This document shows positions 23,901-36,826 of a DNA stretch of 64,000 nucleotides, piece after piece; position 1 is the stretch's first letter, and each line of letters opens with the position of its first letter. The notes beneath the pieces were generated by a model. That model did not search any database and had not been told where the DNA came from. It worked only from the letters and a program-made list of their open reading frames with translations. The stretch lies in contig JBPGPT010000010.1 in NCBI GenBank assembly GCA_051047955.1, positions 1-64,000 on the forward strand. The letters run 5' to 3'. The stretch comes from Cystobasidiomycetes sp. EMM_F5 (taxonomy: Eukaryota). The translations under genes were made by a program, and so were the position numbers.

Positions 23901-26246
23901 ATGGAATTTCGAGCCATCTTGTTTACATGCATGTATACCTGCCTGCTCGATCTTGCGGCGGATCCCTGCCCTGATGTCTCGGAACGAGCTAATCTTGTGG
24001 TGGATTATGTACATGAGCACCTCATCGACTCGGATCTACCGTTTGCTGTACCCGCGCCGCCCCTCAGTACAGACTCTTCTGTGGACTCGCCAGCGTCAAC
24101 AGCGGGTAGCAAGCGCAGTGAGAAGGCAAGCACAAGCAGGGCGACTACTCTTGTTGATGGTCGAAGTTCGGATCACGCCAAATCTCGCCATTCTGCATCG
24201 CTCCTGTCTACGTTTAAAGCTCTATCCAAACTTGGTCTTGCGGACGCACATGCTTCGCGCTTCCCTGGCGTCTCTAGTCAAGTTAGTCCGGCGGCTGTCA
24301 CGAGAGTTAATGCAACTGCCACTGGATTGACGAGCTCGAAATCGATGGCACATTTTGGCGATTTTGCTCAATCCTCCAGACAGCTGCGGAATACATCTTC
24401 GGCAGACGACCTGCGCAAAGCGGTCACTGACAAATCTGCACGAGACTCGTCATCAAGAAGCAGTGTACATCATCCTGATCCTGAAAAAGCCACTGTCACA
24501 GTCGAGGAAGCCAAAGACGCACTTTTTGAAATTGATGCACAGGGGCAAGAAAAATCTCGTCATACTCCAGTAGCGGTGGTTGTCACGCCTTCGAGAGTAG
24601 CGGGGCCGGTCACACTTTCACCCAATCCGGCACGCGAACCTCCGCCATTACCGCCGTATGTACCGAATCAGACCATTACAGACGAGAATGGCAAACCGAC
24701 AAGGACCGAGATGCCCTTAAGAAGTGAGTTCTTCGACTGGAGCTGCGAATACTTCATCAATCCGCAGATGAAGGAGAAGGAATCGGACGAACCGGGTAGC
24801 GTCGAGTATAACGAGCGACATTGGCGCAGGGAACGGAATGAAAGGGTGCTTGTGGAAACACAGACCATCAAGGAAAGAGCTAGTGAGTCATTCGGTATGT
24901 AGCATCGGCGCCGTGCTCATGTCAGCCCAGGTTTTGGAAGTTGGGATCACCAGACAGCTGAGCTGGACAATATTACTCCTGCTACTATTCTGGCGTGGCA
25001 TCAATTTGAGCCGCATTTGCTTGCTACTGATGACACTGGCGCTATCCGGTGAGTATCGATGACATAGATTATCAAGCGCCTTAGCTGACCTTTCCAGCAG
25101 ACTGTACGACTGGCAACAGAGACGCCTGCTCACTCGCTTCCAGAGTATCCCCCGACAGGATGAACGCTTCGTAAAGCCTCCTAAAGTGACATCGCTGAAA
25201 TTCCTGAACGATGACGATACTGCCCTCATCCTGATCGGCTCTGGTCAGTCCTTGCTTGGTGATTAGAGCGTGGCATTACGCTGACATTGCTACGAAACAG
25301 CCGACGGCTGTGTGCGTATCTATCGCGACTATGAAACAACCAAGCCTTTCCTTGTGACCGCGTGGCGGGCGCTGCCACACATGCTGCCGACAACAAATGA
25401 TCAAGCTGGACTTGTCGCCGAATGGCAGCAGACTCGGGGTCGCCTCGTAGCAGCCGGTAATTCGAAAATGATCAGGATATGGGACGCTCAGCAGGAATTG
25501 TGCAGTCAAGAAATCCCAACTCGAGCCAATTCTTGCATTACATCGCTCACATCCGATCAAGTCGCTGGAGACTATCTGGTCGCTGGCTTCGGGGATGGTG
25601 TTGTGAGGGCATACGATGTTCGACTACCACCTAAGGACACTATGGTGCAATGTTGGCGAGGCTTCCATGGTTCTTGGATCAAGCAGGTCCACATGCAGAG
25701 AGGTGGACACCGCGAACTTGTCTCTGCAAGGTGAGTCTGTTTTTGGCCAAACATTTGTCTGCCGAGATTGCTCAATTTACGTCCGTATGTAGCTTGAATG
25801 GCGAAGTCTGCTTCTGGGACATTCGGGCCTCTGACCCCATCAAGTCGTTTTCCGCCCATCAGGATGGTCTAAGCGGGCTTTCTGTGCACGAGCATGCCCC
25901 TGTCTTGGCAACGTGAGTTACGCAACTACACAAAGCCGTATGATCACTTATGATTTGTGCAATATCAGCGGCTCCGATTCTGGTATCGTTAAAGTATGGG
26001 ATGTCAACGATCAAGAAGCCCCAGTATCTCGCTTCCGCAATTCTAACGGTGGCCGAAATACATACACCCGTGGCGAACCAATTCACCCCGTTATATCCAT
26101 GGAGTTTCATCCGCACATGATGATGCTTGCAGTGTGCTCTGATAATGCCAAGATCAATGTGAGGCTTCTCCACTACGTTTATACCCGTACAATGCCGCTG
26201 ACATTGTACGATATACCACTAGGTCTACAATTGGAACAGTCAATGA
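20943..26246 (+). CDS. KOG1: TORC1 subunit Raptor/Kog1/Mip1
   Basis: RNC domain ([67 protein letters not shown]), LPILLQVLLSQVHRLRAL, HEAT repeats, C-terminal WD40 exons (FLVTAWRAL, EFHPHMMMLAV). Confidence 0.97.
21120..21143 (+). repeat. (GGAGAC)4 microsatellite encoding GDGDGDGD in KOG1 exon 1
   Basis: Four perfect hexamer copies seen directly. Confidence 0.9.
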
Positions 26247-26474
26247 TCCTGCTGCTTGAGCATGCTGATCTCTGCCGCTGTTTCTCGTTCTTGAAGTACT
26301 TTCCCTAATCGTCCTAAAACCTTCGTCTAGCAGAAGTAGCAATGTGTACCGATTGCATGAGCAGTGATATGTGAAAAAGTTGCAGGGCAGATCCGCAGTG
26401 TAGCATAGAGAAGTAAGGGGGTAATCGTGAGTGGCGTGGTATTCTGGCACGTCTCGATGGATTTAACGGATTCG

Positions 26475-27139
26475 TCACCGCATAACTGGCATCTGCCTGG
26501 GGAAGAGGCCATTCATTCTTCCAGCCAGGCTCGCCTGCTTGCCCTCTTCTCCGCCCGAATGCCTGATTGTCGAAAATTTCGGACCGCCCGTCGCCAGCCT
26601 GAAGAGGTTGACGTCTGTCTTTTCGAGCTCGGCAATAGCAGCTTGCATGGAATCGTATCTCGCTTGCATCTCTGCTTCCCTCTGCTCCCTCACTTGCCGC
26701 CTGTGTAGCTGCCAGGCTCGCATGATTGTCTCGTGGACTCCAAGGGACGGAATAGCTGCATCAACTGCTTCTGCTCGAGCAAGGTTTTGCGCTTTACGTA
26801 TTGTCGGTGTCGTGCCATACAGGAACTGCGGATGTGCGCAAACATTGGGCCATCAGCATGGCCAATCTTTCCGCCCGGCTGTCATTACTTTCTGACCTTT
26901 TTGACTGCTTCAAACTTGTTATCGCTCCCTTCTGCCGCTCTACTATCGCTCTTCACATTGGAGAAACCAGACTTCTTTGTCGGCGCTTTCGCACCGGGTT
27001 TTGTGGTCTTCTTTGCTGCTGCTGCTGCACCTCGTCTCTGCTGGCCGGTGGACGATGCTGCACTTCTTCCACATGTGCAAGCGAGTAGCGACAGTCCAGA
27101 CACTCTTGCTGTTGATGTTGACGCTGTGGTGAGGTGCAT
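26475..27139 (-). CDS. mitochondrial large ribosomal subunit protein mL40 (MRP-L28 family); 3' end uncertain
   Basis: Arg/Ser/Thr-rich presequence, then HETIMRAWQLHRRQVREQREAEMQARYDSMQAAIAELEKTDVNLFRLA...GLFPRQM, the pattern I recall for fungal mL40. Confidence 0.75.
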
Positions 27140-27336
27140 GGTTGTGAATATTTGTACTGCTTTTGGGTTGAAGCCGGGGCAAGCCATGCCGCCTATTTGA
27201 CGTTGACGACCTGGTTTCGTGTCAGGATGATGTCCGGCTGCCATGTCTAAGAAGGCTGCGGGCAGTCAGTGCAGCGTCATGAGCAGTAATGAGCGAGTAA
27301 CATGTAAGTCTCAGTCTTCAAAGCTATGGCGGTCGT

Positions 27337-30300
27337 ATGTTTGAACAAGTTTTGGGGCAAGTCTCGACAGAAACGCCACAAGAACCCGTAAAAATGGACG
27401 ATGAACGAAACCCTCGCAAGCGAAGTACCCCCGAGGATGAAGATATCCAGACTAAAGATGTCCGCCCAGCAAAACTGGCTTGCCTCGAAGTTTCAGCAAA
27501 TTTACCAGACCCGCTCGAAACAAGCACTCAGGACACCTTGACGGAACATGTCCACGCAACATGCGAAGGAAAACCACAGGCAGGACCTGTGACTGAGTCT
27601 GACAGTAACATTTCGAGGACAAATATTCCTACCAGAATCTCACTGCCCGCTTTCGACAATGCTTCTACCAATGATGGCGCTCGGGGCCCCTCTCTACACG
27701 TACAGGTAAACAAGGATACATCAAACACGAACGACGCGTATCTCAGTCCAAACAATGTGCAGCCCTCATCAAACACACCAAAAGATGGACAGGTTCCACC
27801 GCAAAGGCTTCAAATTCAATACTACGGTGAGTGTAGTCTACCCTCGACTCCATGACGCATCTTTGCCACCAAACTTCTTCACCGCTAGCGCTCAACATGC
27901 ATGCTTTTCAATCTTACTAACTTGCATCCGTGTTTGCTTGACAAGCCCCTGAAACTTCAGACCAATGCAACACATTCTTACGCACAGCCGACTCCGGCTT
28001 GCGCTCCTCGCTCGGACGCGAGAATGCCTATCACACCCAGCAAGACACCGAAAACAGCACTGAGACATTCACTGACAATCACAGCTCCTTCCGGAAGAGA
28101 GAGCTCCCTCATGTAGTAACTTCATCTGATCCTGCTCTTCCAGAGTCACAGATTAGCAAATTCGCCCTAGGCAGTCCCGCACTACTGACCGAAAACACAC
28201 AACATCGAGCTCGGTCCTTGTCAGTCGAGCACACCCGTGCTGCTTTCGAGGCAGTTTGTTACACTCCTGCTCGAACGCCGGTCACACCGGCGGTCGTACC
28301 TGCACCCCAATCTCAATCTCTTCATGTAGCCCATAATGAGGCCCAGAATGTAGGTCTCGGAATTAGCGGGGTCCAGTATGGTTCGTTCAACCTCGTACCT
28401 CCTGCTTCTTCGGCTTCGACAAGCACTGCTCATGGTCCAGGCCACTACACTGATTACACAGCGGATAAACACTCCGCTTCGCGTCATGCGCTTTCGCCAC
28501 AACAGCCTGCTTCTGCGAGCGGTCACCACCCTCAACTTTCACACAGTCTTGCATACACTCACCCGAGTTCTCAACAGCAGCATCAACAGCAGCAAATGCA
28601 TCAGTATGTTACTCAGCAGTTCCAACGCGGACGTTCGCTGGCAATGTCTCCGCTTCGTCAGGTGATCACGGCACCAGTATCGAATAGTCTCCCTGTCCAG
28701 AGTCACATTGCATATGACTCATACCCTGGCTCCGTTTCCTCACGGCCTACTCATCCAGCAACGCCTCAATCCCAGTCGCTGCAGCAATTCGCACAAACTC
28801 CACCTGCCGACTCCCATTCAGCTTTTGTGGTCGAACGATACAATTACCTGCAGAAAGATGCACACAACCTCCAAGGGTTGCTGATGCGGCAGACCCTTTC
28901 TGTGGAAGATAGGCAATTGATCGTTAGGCGCCTCAACGAGATCCACAGCCGGATGGGTGCGATCGCTTCAGGCTCTCATTCTCTTTATTCAGACGAGAGT
29001 CGTACTCTGCCACAACAGTCACAATTCAACCTAGCGTGGGACCATCAGCCACGTACCACAACAACTCCGACCGCCCCTCCGCCAAATGCGTTCGGGAGAG
29101 AGTATCGCGCACAGTATGCTGCACATCAGGACCCGAGTAACATACAACAGTACCCGTACAGGCTTGCAGCTTACTCTGGTGATACCCTGCATCCTCTTTC
29201 ACATGCGCACGAAACCTTTTCAGATGGTCGCAGAGGCTCCGTCATCAGCGGCTTGCCGTACCAACCCATCGGTACTGCACAGTCGCCGGCAGTGGGTGGT
29301 AGTAGGCTCTACCCAGCAACACCGCGGACTACAGCAGACTTGTCATCGGCAACAGCTTCCGGTGACTTCTTTCAACCGTACGCTTCTACTCAGCAGGCGA
29401 GTAACGACACTGCGTTGCGGGACAGTGGTTTCCATTCCCATGACGACGATCAGAAGGACGCGCTGATGTTGTCCACCTATACCCACATTGATGACGAATG
29501 TGAGACCGAGGACAAGAAATCCGTCGCTATGGATGCAGAGGATGTCAAAGGTGATAATGGACAGGCTTCCAATAGCAAGGACACCAAGAAGGGCGGCAGG
29601 AAGAAGACCAAGATGGCAACGTCTGGCCAGCGCGGCAAGGGTGATCTCGTCACATTCGGCGATACTGTACGCATGGGACTGCAAGCTACGGTCGGAATGA
29701 TGCTCCTTACCCTAAGATTAGCGCAAGATGATAGCCATTCAAGTCACTTTATCTGGCAGTGGCTTGACCCGGAAGTCAAGGCAGCACGACGACTGGTCCG
29801 CCTCACCAGTGCCTTGAATCCGGTCACCGGTGTCGTTTCTGTTTCTGCGACGCGAGTCCTGCCGCATGAATACAGCCATGCTCGACAGGGGTCTGGTGCC
29901 GACCCAGGCGTTGTTGTCAGCTGTATCTTCAGAGCACAGCTTGATCTACTAAAAGATGAGGCTGGTCAGGATGTCATTTACTGGATCACTCTTCACGACA
30001 TCTTTCGGATTGTGGAAAGTATTCTGGACATCGCGAACCGGAAGGTCCACTTCGATTGGCGATCCAAGTGCAGGGCTCTGAAAATCATTAAAGGCCGCAG
30101 TGTCGCAGTTGACAAGGCTAGGGCTGAAGGGAGCGAACACCCCCTGGCCATCTTTACCAACCAAATTCTAGCATATCCAGGTACGTTGTCGCGGCACCTT
30201 GTCGAGCAGGGTCACTTCCTTAGCCATCCCTGTGTCCGTTTAGAACCCAGGCCCCGCGAGATTGTCCGGAACATGAAAGCTTTGCCATGGCTGGATCTAC

Positions 30301-30399
30301 CAAGCGTTCTCAAAGACTGTCTGGACCTCTTCGTAAGAGCCAGGCTGTAGTCTCAGTTATCCCACGCTGATCTGCTTCTTCAAGTGTATCCTGCTGTGA
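27337..30399 (+). CDS. fungal regulator with Q/H/S-rich region and divergent C-terminal MedA-like (DUF7082) domain
   Basis: WLDPEVKAARRLVRL...VVVSCIF...YWITLHDIFRIVESIL...ILAYP|EPRPREIVRNMKALPWLDLPSVLKDCLDLF|CILL* mirrors the W..E...RRLV / ISCI / TSVD.I.LLE / P.PRNIEKDVKVF.W..L motif order. Confidence 0.7.
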
Positions 30400-30585
30400 G
30401 CACCGAGGGTCCGCCCACGGAGCCAATCCACCTTCATTCCGCTGTGCTTTCTCGAGCCAACGAAACAATCTTATGTACAACTACCTGCCGATTTCCTGAG
30501 GCAATCAGCATGTGACGCGACAACAACAACAATGACAAACATTGCACAACTGCCAAGAGGGAGCAATCTACTTGTAAAAATAGTG

Positions 30586-33500
30586 CTAGATAATGATGAG
30601 ATCGCCTTTGCATGCAGGACACCAGATGAGCTCGTCCCCTACTGATACCCGTTTCGTGAGTCTTGCAATGGCAGTTGCATCGAGCCCATAGTGAGGATGA
30701 AGAGCTTGGTGATCGTTGCCCGATGCCGCACTAGAGTCGCCCGCTGCATTCGCTGGCGAGACGACTTCGTAGCCCATCTCATCCTCCATGCGCGTCTGTA
30801 GGAGTACATCGGAGTCAGAGGGAAAAGCCAATGGATACCGATTGGATCAACCCACCTGCAGCAATTGCAAGGATTGCCTGCGAGCGTGCTTCGTTGCTGA
30901 CGACATTTTCCGGGTCTTTTCGGCGCGCCTCTCGTCGGGTGTACCAACATCAAAAGGCGGAAACTTCTGCGCTTTTGCGGACACCGGCGACGAGTTGGAG
31001 AATGGGTTCTCGAATTGAGGAGCCCCACTGCTGAGGTTTGGAGTGGCCTCAATTAGACCAAGTTTTGGTATTGATGTACTTGCGTCGGATTGTGGGAATG
31101 GATAGTCTGCCCGCGAGCTTGCAGGAACATTTTCGAAGACCGACGGGGCATGCGAGATGGAGCGTTTGTGTGGCGAGCGTTGCGGCGAGCCTGACATGGG
31201 CGGCGGTAAATCAGTGGGTGACAAGCTTGGGAGGCGAGCGCGAGGAGTAGTAGTCGACGATGGTGCTGCGGTCGTCGGCACGCTTCGGGGCGACAGATTG
31301 TTGGGCGACAAGGGCGGTATTTGCGTATTGACCTTGAACCCAAAATCTCGCCGGGCCCGTGGCGGAGTGAAGCTGCCAGTTGCTTCAAACATCTCCGCCA
31401 TCGCCTTGGCAGCCTTGTCCCTCTCAATGAGAATTATGGTATTTAGTTTGGTTATCTTCTCCTCCATGTCAATAACGTCTCGGGACAAGGTGTGTACCTT
31501 GTCTTGCGCACCATGTGCGACGGCATCGAGCTTGCGAATCTTTTCACGGGCTCGCGACATTTCGAGCTCGTGTTGCTGCTTCAGTCCATCTACGTAGTCG
31601 GCATCGAGTTGAGGGGAGGCTGGCGGGAGGGGGTACGGTTTGCTGTGTAACGCTTCTGATAGAGTAGTGACTTGTCCACGTAAAGATTTAATTAGATTGT
31701 CCTTGCTTGTCATGCTTTGCCTCAGTGAGCTAATATCAGTCTGAGCTTTACTGATTTGGTTTCTGTAACGTTGAATCTCTTGAAGATGAGCGCCTTTCAT
31801 ACTATCCAATTGCTTATTGTCCGCAGAAGCATCGGCAGAGCTGTCCGCAGATACTGATGGCGCAGACCTTTGCGCAGCTTCCAGGGCTTGCTTATGTTGC
31901 TCCTGCAACCGCTCTAGCTCCTTCGCGTGTTCATGCAAAGCTGCGGCAAGCCGCTGCGAGACATCCATTCGCTCGCTCTCGGATGTATGAAGCGCGTCAC
32001 GATGTTGTTTGTTTAACTGGTCTCGCTCGGCCACAGACGCATTGAGAGCCGATTCGAGGCGCGCTTTCTCCTCGCCAAGATAGCCGAGACGATTTTGCAT
32101 GTCGCGATTCTGAGAGTCAGACACGCCGGAAACGCTCGAGCTAGCCGTGTCAGACCGTTCACGGTGGTCGCCGCTGTTCACATTGCGGCGAGGATTTGCT
32201 AGCAAGCGCGCCATTTGACTTCGCAGCGAGCGCTCCGTTTCTTCGGCTGCCTGTTGCGCATCAGACACACGGGTCCAAGATTCAGCGACTTGTCTCTGCA
32301 GATCTCGTTCCCGTTCAGCCGCAACGCTCCTCGCTTTGGTGTTTTCTGCCCTGACGCGATCTAGCTCTTCTCGCAATCCTTGTTCTGTCTCGTCAGCAGC
32401 TTGATAAGCAGACTCAACGTCTGCCGCAGCTTTTTGTAACTGATCGCGGAGGTCTTCTTCTACAGTCGCTGCTGTTTGGACAGACTGAGCATGAGCGGTC
32501 CGTAAAGATGCCAGTTCGGCTTGAAGACGAGAACTCGTCTGATTGGCAGTGTCTTGTGCTGCCTCGTAAGTGCGAGTGAGAGCAGCAATGTCAGCTTGGA
32601 GCTTGGCTTCGGCATCTCCTGCTGCGGAGGCAGCGACTTGTGCGGCCTCATTGGCGTCGGTAAGCTGCTGTCGAAGTTGGTTTTCTGCATGTTTGGCTGC
32701 GTTACTGGCGATATCGGCTGCTTCTTTGGCCGCTAATGAGTCGGCAGCGAATCTGGCCTCTTTTTCGGTCAAAGTTTGACTTAAGTGGGTGATTTGCGAC
32801 TCGAGGACTGTAAGCTGCGTCTGTGATTGGATCTCCCTTGCCTCGACAGCCTTACGATCGGAGTCTACTTGGTCTTGTAGATCTAGCACTTCAGCCCGAA
32901 GCCGAGACTCTGTTTCTTGCGCCAGACGATGAGACTCTGTCATTAAGGCTTCGGATTCCGCAACACGCCGCTCAAGGTTGGCTTCTTTTGCTTCTGCAGC
33001 TGACTTCAACTTGACAATTGTAAGCTCAAGGTCACGCTGAGCGGACTCGAGCTCTGCCTGTCGAGTCTTTGCGTCGCTTTGGGCTTGCGCAATAGCCGAT
33101 TCTAGCTTCGTGATGGTGGCGGTCAGCTCCCTCTCGGCTTCCGATGCAGAAAGTCGCGCTTCTTCGGTCGCACTGTTCGCTCGGGCTAATTGATTGCGGA
33201 GATCCCTTTCTACGACTATGGCAGCAGCCTGCGCACTCTTCAAAGCGCCTTGCAAGCCATCTAGTTGGACGTGCAGATCATTTTGCGTTTCGTTTGCTTT
33301 GGAAGCCGCAGTCTTCGCTTCAACTTCAGTCCGCTCCAGCCTTTGTTGCAGATCAGCGTACGCTTTGGCCGCGTCTGCTGTGTAGGACTCCAGGCGATTC
33401 ACGCTTTCGCGTAGTTCCGTCCTCAGTCGCGTCACAGTAGACGTTGCAGTCGCTTTGTCTTCGGCTGCGGACCTCCGTGCTTCTTCGAGCTCTTTCAGCG

Positions 33501-36500
33501 ACTGTTGAGCGGCAGTTGCTGCGCTTTCGCGGATGTCCTGGATCTGCGCAGTCAGACTTTCGGTCTGTTGAAGTAGGTCAGATTGTACAGATGCAGCCGT
33601 CGTCCTCAGGTCTGAAAGCTTCTGCTCCAACTCCTCCGCCTTCTCCTGCAGAATAAGAGCTTCTTCTTCAGAGGTTTGTGAAAGTTCCGCATACTCTTGC
33701 GTAGCCTTGTCCAGTAGCAATTGCATATGTGTAAGTTTCGCTTCAGCATCAGCCCGAACCGTTTCAGCTGATTTATTGGCGTCGACGATGAGCATGTTCA
33801 AGCTGTCCTCTCGCGCACTCGCAGCTTTCTGCACAGAAGCAAGTTGTTCGGTGAAAGTGGACAAATCAGCGCGGTGTTTGATGTCTCTATCCTGCAGATC
33901 TGACGAGAGGGACGATATCTGCTTCTGCAAATCTTCGATGGTGGCGGATGATGCAGCTTCCTGTGCTGCTAAGGCTGTCGCCAAGTTGGAAGACTTGCTT
34001 TGAGCTTGATGTAGCTGAGATTCAAGATCTTGACGGATATTGTCTGCACTGGTCTCGGCAGCTGAAACATCTGCAGAGGCTTTCGCGAGCCTATCCTCCA
34101 GCTCTTGTCGAGTTTTCAAGGCGGCACTTTGCGTTTCATTTGCAGCTTGAACGAGATCTTGATTGTCTGTCTTCAATTGTGCCATCCTGGCAGACGCCTC
34201 GGCATCAGCCAATTTAGCAGCTTGCGTGATCGTCTCAATATGCTGCTGGAGCTTCGTCTGCTGTGTCTCGAGATCCCGAGCGCTGCGTTCTGAGGCTGCT
34301 ATACGCGCTTGTAGCGTGTTACGTTGCTCGTCGCTACTTGCTTTCAGGTCAGATAGCTGTTTTTCCAAGTCGTCTGCGCGGCTGCGGGCAGTCTTTAGCG
34401 AGGATGCTGCCAAGCCCAATTCGTGGTCTCGCTCAATCGACACTTGCTGCAGCTCCTTTTTGTAGTTGTCCACTTCCATACGTAGAGCTTCGGTATCTCC
34501 GGCTTGCGTTTTGCAAATCTGTTGCAGTTTGTTCCGATCGTCATCGATGCTTTCCAGCTGCTTTCGCAATAACGACAATTCCTGGTCACGGGCTCTCGCA
34601 CCTTCCTTCGACGAGCCGCCTTCTCGTTCCGCACGTTCCGCCCTCTCCTTGGCGGCCGCCAACGCTGCTTCTTTCTCTTTCAATGTGGCTTCCGCTGCGT
34701 ATAATTTGCCTTCGAGGTTCATGTTTGCATTGCGGACGCGCGTCATTTCGGTCTCCTTGTCCTTTATGGTCTTTTGTAAAGCGGTCTTGGTTTCGTTAAA
34801 TCCAGCATTATCATCCGAGATCATACCGATCCTTTCTCGTAGGCTTTCCAGGTCGCGTATCAGTTCCTCGTTATCTTTTTGCAGTGATGCCCGCCGCGCC
34901 ATTGTATAGTCGGTTTGCTCCATAGCTTGAGCGGCTGCTTCTTTGGCTGCTCTTTCAGCCGTCCGAGCATTGTGCAGCTGCATCTGAATCTCCGCCAGCT
35001 CGGCTCGCGCCTGGTTGTGGACGCTACGAAGATCTGCGACTTCTCGCTCGTTCATCGCGCTCGTCGCTCGAACATTTTGATGCTCCTTCTGCAAAGCTGC
35101 TAGTTCCCCTCTGCTGCCTTCGAGCTCTTTCTGGCTATCTGCCGCGCTTTTGCGAGCAGCCTCCAGTTGCTGAAGAGACGACCGTAGCTCTTGCATTTTG
35201 GCTTCGATATCTGTTTTGGCGACCGCGTGCTGCTCTCGCAACCTCAATAACTCTGTCTCTGCAGTGTCCGCTTGAGCACTTTTGTTCTTCAATTGAGCTT
35301 CTAGATGGGGAATTACAGCCGCAGAATCCGCTCGCACTTGTAGCTCCGCGATAGCTGACTGCGCTGATGCAATTTGGACCTGCAGGCCCCTCGCGGTCTC
35401 TTGATCACGTGCTTTCTCTGTCTGTAATTCTTCCATTTGACGTTGCAGACGCTCATAATTTCCGAGGATGGTCGCACGTTCACTTTCAACCGCGGCGGAC
35501 GCCTGTTGAAGCTGTTGTATTCGAGCGGCATTTGTGGCGGCATCCTTTGTCGATCTCGCTTCTAAGTCTGCGTTCTCTCGTATCGCTTTGTCAAGTGACG
35601 CCTGTAAATTATTCAATTGAGTGGTGCTTGCTTTTAGCTTGTCGTTAAGAGCGGTTCTCTCCTGCAGAAACCCGTCTTGAGTCGGCAGCGAAGATGGTGT
35701 CCTCTGAGGCGCGCGCGTAGTCTGTATTGGCTGTGGAGGAGGAGCCGTAGATTGGCTGGTCGATGGACCAAACAGATCGGCTGGAATAACATTAACGTGG
35801 TCAGGTAAGGCAGCAGAATTCCTAGGCGGAGAAAACGAGGCGAAAGTAGGCGAAACATAGCCGGCCGGCGCATACGACGCTTTTGGAGCAGGGTCAAAGT
35901 CAAAGAGGTTGGGAGGAACAACAGAGACGTTGTTATGATGACCTGATGATCTCCTTGGAATGAATGAGCTTGTCGCAGGCTGACTAGGGGAAAAGAAGGC
36001 AGCTGCGCTGACGTCGGGGAGCGGTGACCCTCTGCGTTATTTAAATATACATTAAAGTCAGTTTCGCTGAATAATAATGGTCGACATATGTATCAACGTA
36101 CAAGCGCTGTTGAGCTGCTGATCCGTTTATTTGATGATGCCCATTGCTGCTGGATGTACGCCCATTACCATAGTGGGATAGGGCCGGACTCTCCGACCTC
36201 GTGACAGGAGCATTGAATGTTGACGAGCCTGGTGCATATGGTCTGTCATTGTGCGATGATGATGATGGCCAATCTACCGGAGCTAGCTTTGGCGACAGAG
36301 CAGCTTCGGAAGTAGGAGTCGCGCTCCCAGCGGTAGCCAAGGGAGTACTAGCACCAGCAGGAGCGACTTTTGCCTTCTTTGCCTGAAATTTCTTGAGCTT
36401 TTGGACGTTTGCGACCGAATCGCGGCGAGGTCATTGAACACGGTTCGCGTCGAAATATCAATCAGGCCCAGCTCGGCGTAGCGTATAGCTCGCAGACTGC

Positions 36501-36567
36501 GCACCTTTTCCTTAGCTCGCGCAGCTTTAGCAGCTCGCTCAGCTGCCTCAGCGTCCACGTCTGCCAT
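30586..36567 (-). CDS. long coiled-coil protein, golgin-like (GM130/Bug1-type N-terminus, GRASP-binding-like C-terminus)
   Basis: N-terminus AERAAKAARAKEK|LKKFQAKK, >1300 aa of heptad A/E/Q/L sequence, no ATPase or motor domain, last exon ends WCPACKGDLIII*. Confidence 0.75.
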
Positions 36568-36826
36568 GGCCAGGTCGACTGGTGTCAAAGCCGGCCTGCG
36601 ATCAATGTCAAGGAACACCAATTATCGAAGTGACTTTTTGACTTTCTACCTTCCACAACATTGACCACCTCTGACATCTGCGCTGTTACATTGCTCTGAT
36701 AGCGCTTGACTTTCAAAGCGTGCCCGGGCTGTTCAATTACTGTCATGCTGGCCTGATAGTCCGCTGGGCTTCTGCTGCCTGGTGCGCACTCTGGCTGCGC
36801 TGAGTTGCCGTTGAGCTTGCGTCGCA

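Noticed and set aside
26240..26475. Extra 3' exon of mL40 overlapping the KOG1 stop
   Set aside because: Donor and branch signals are weak and the added peptide does not resemble the family; cannot be supported without transcripts.
30847..35616. 1589-aa coiled coil as myosin heavy chain, SMC or tape-measure protein
   Set aside because: No motor, Walker or hinge motifs; the terminal motifs fit a golgin.
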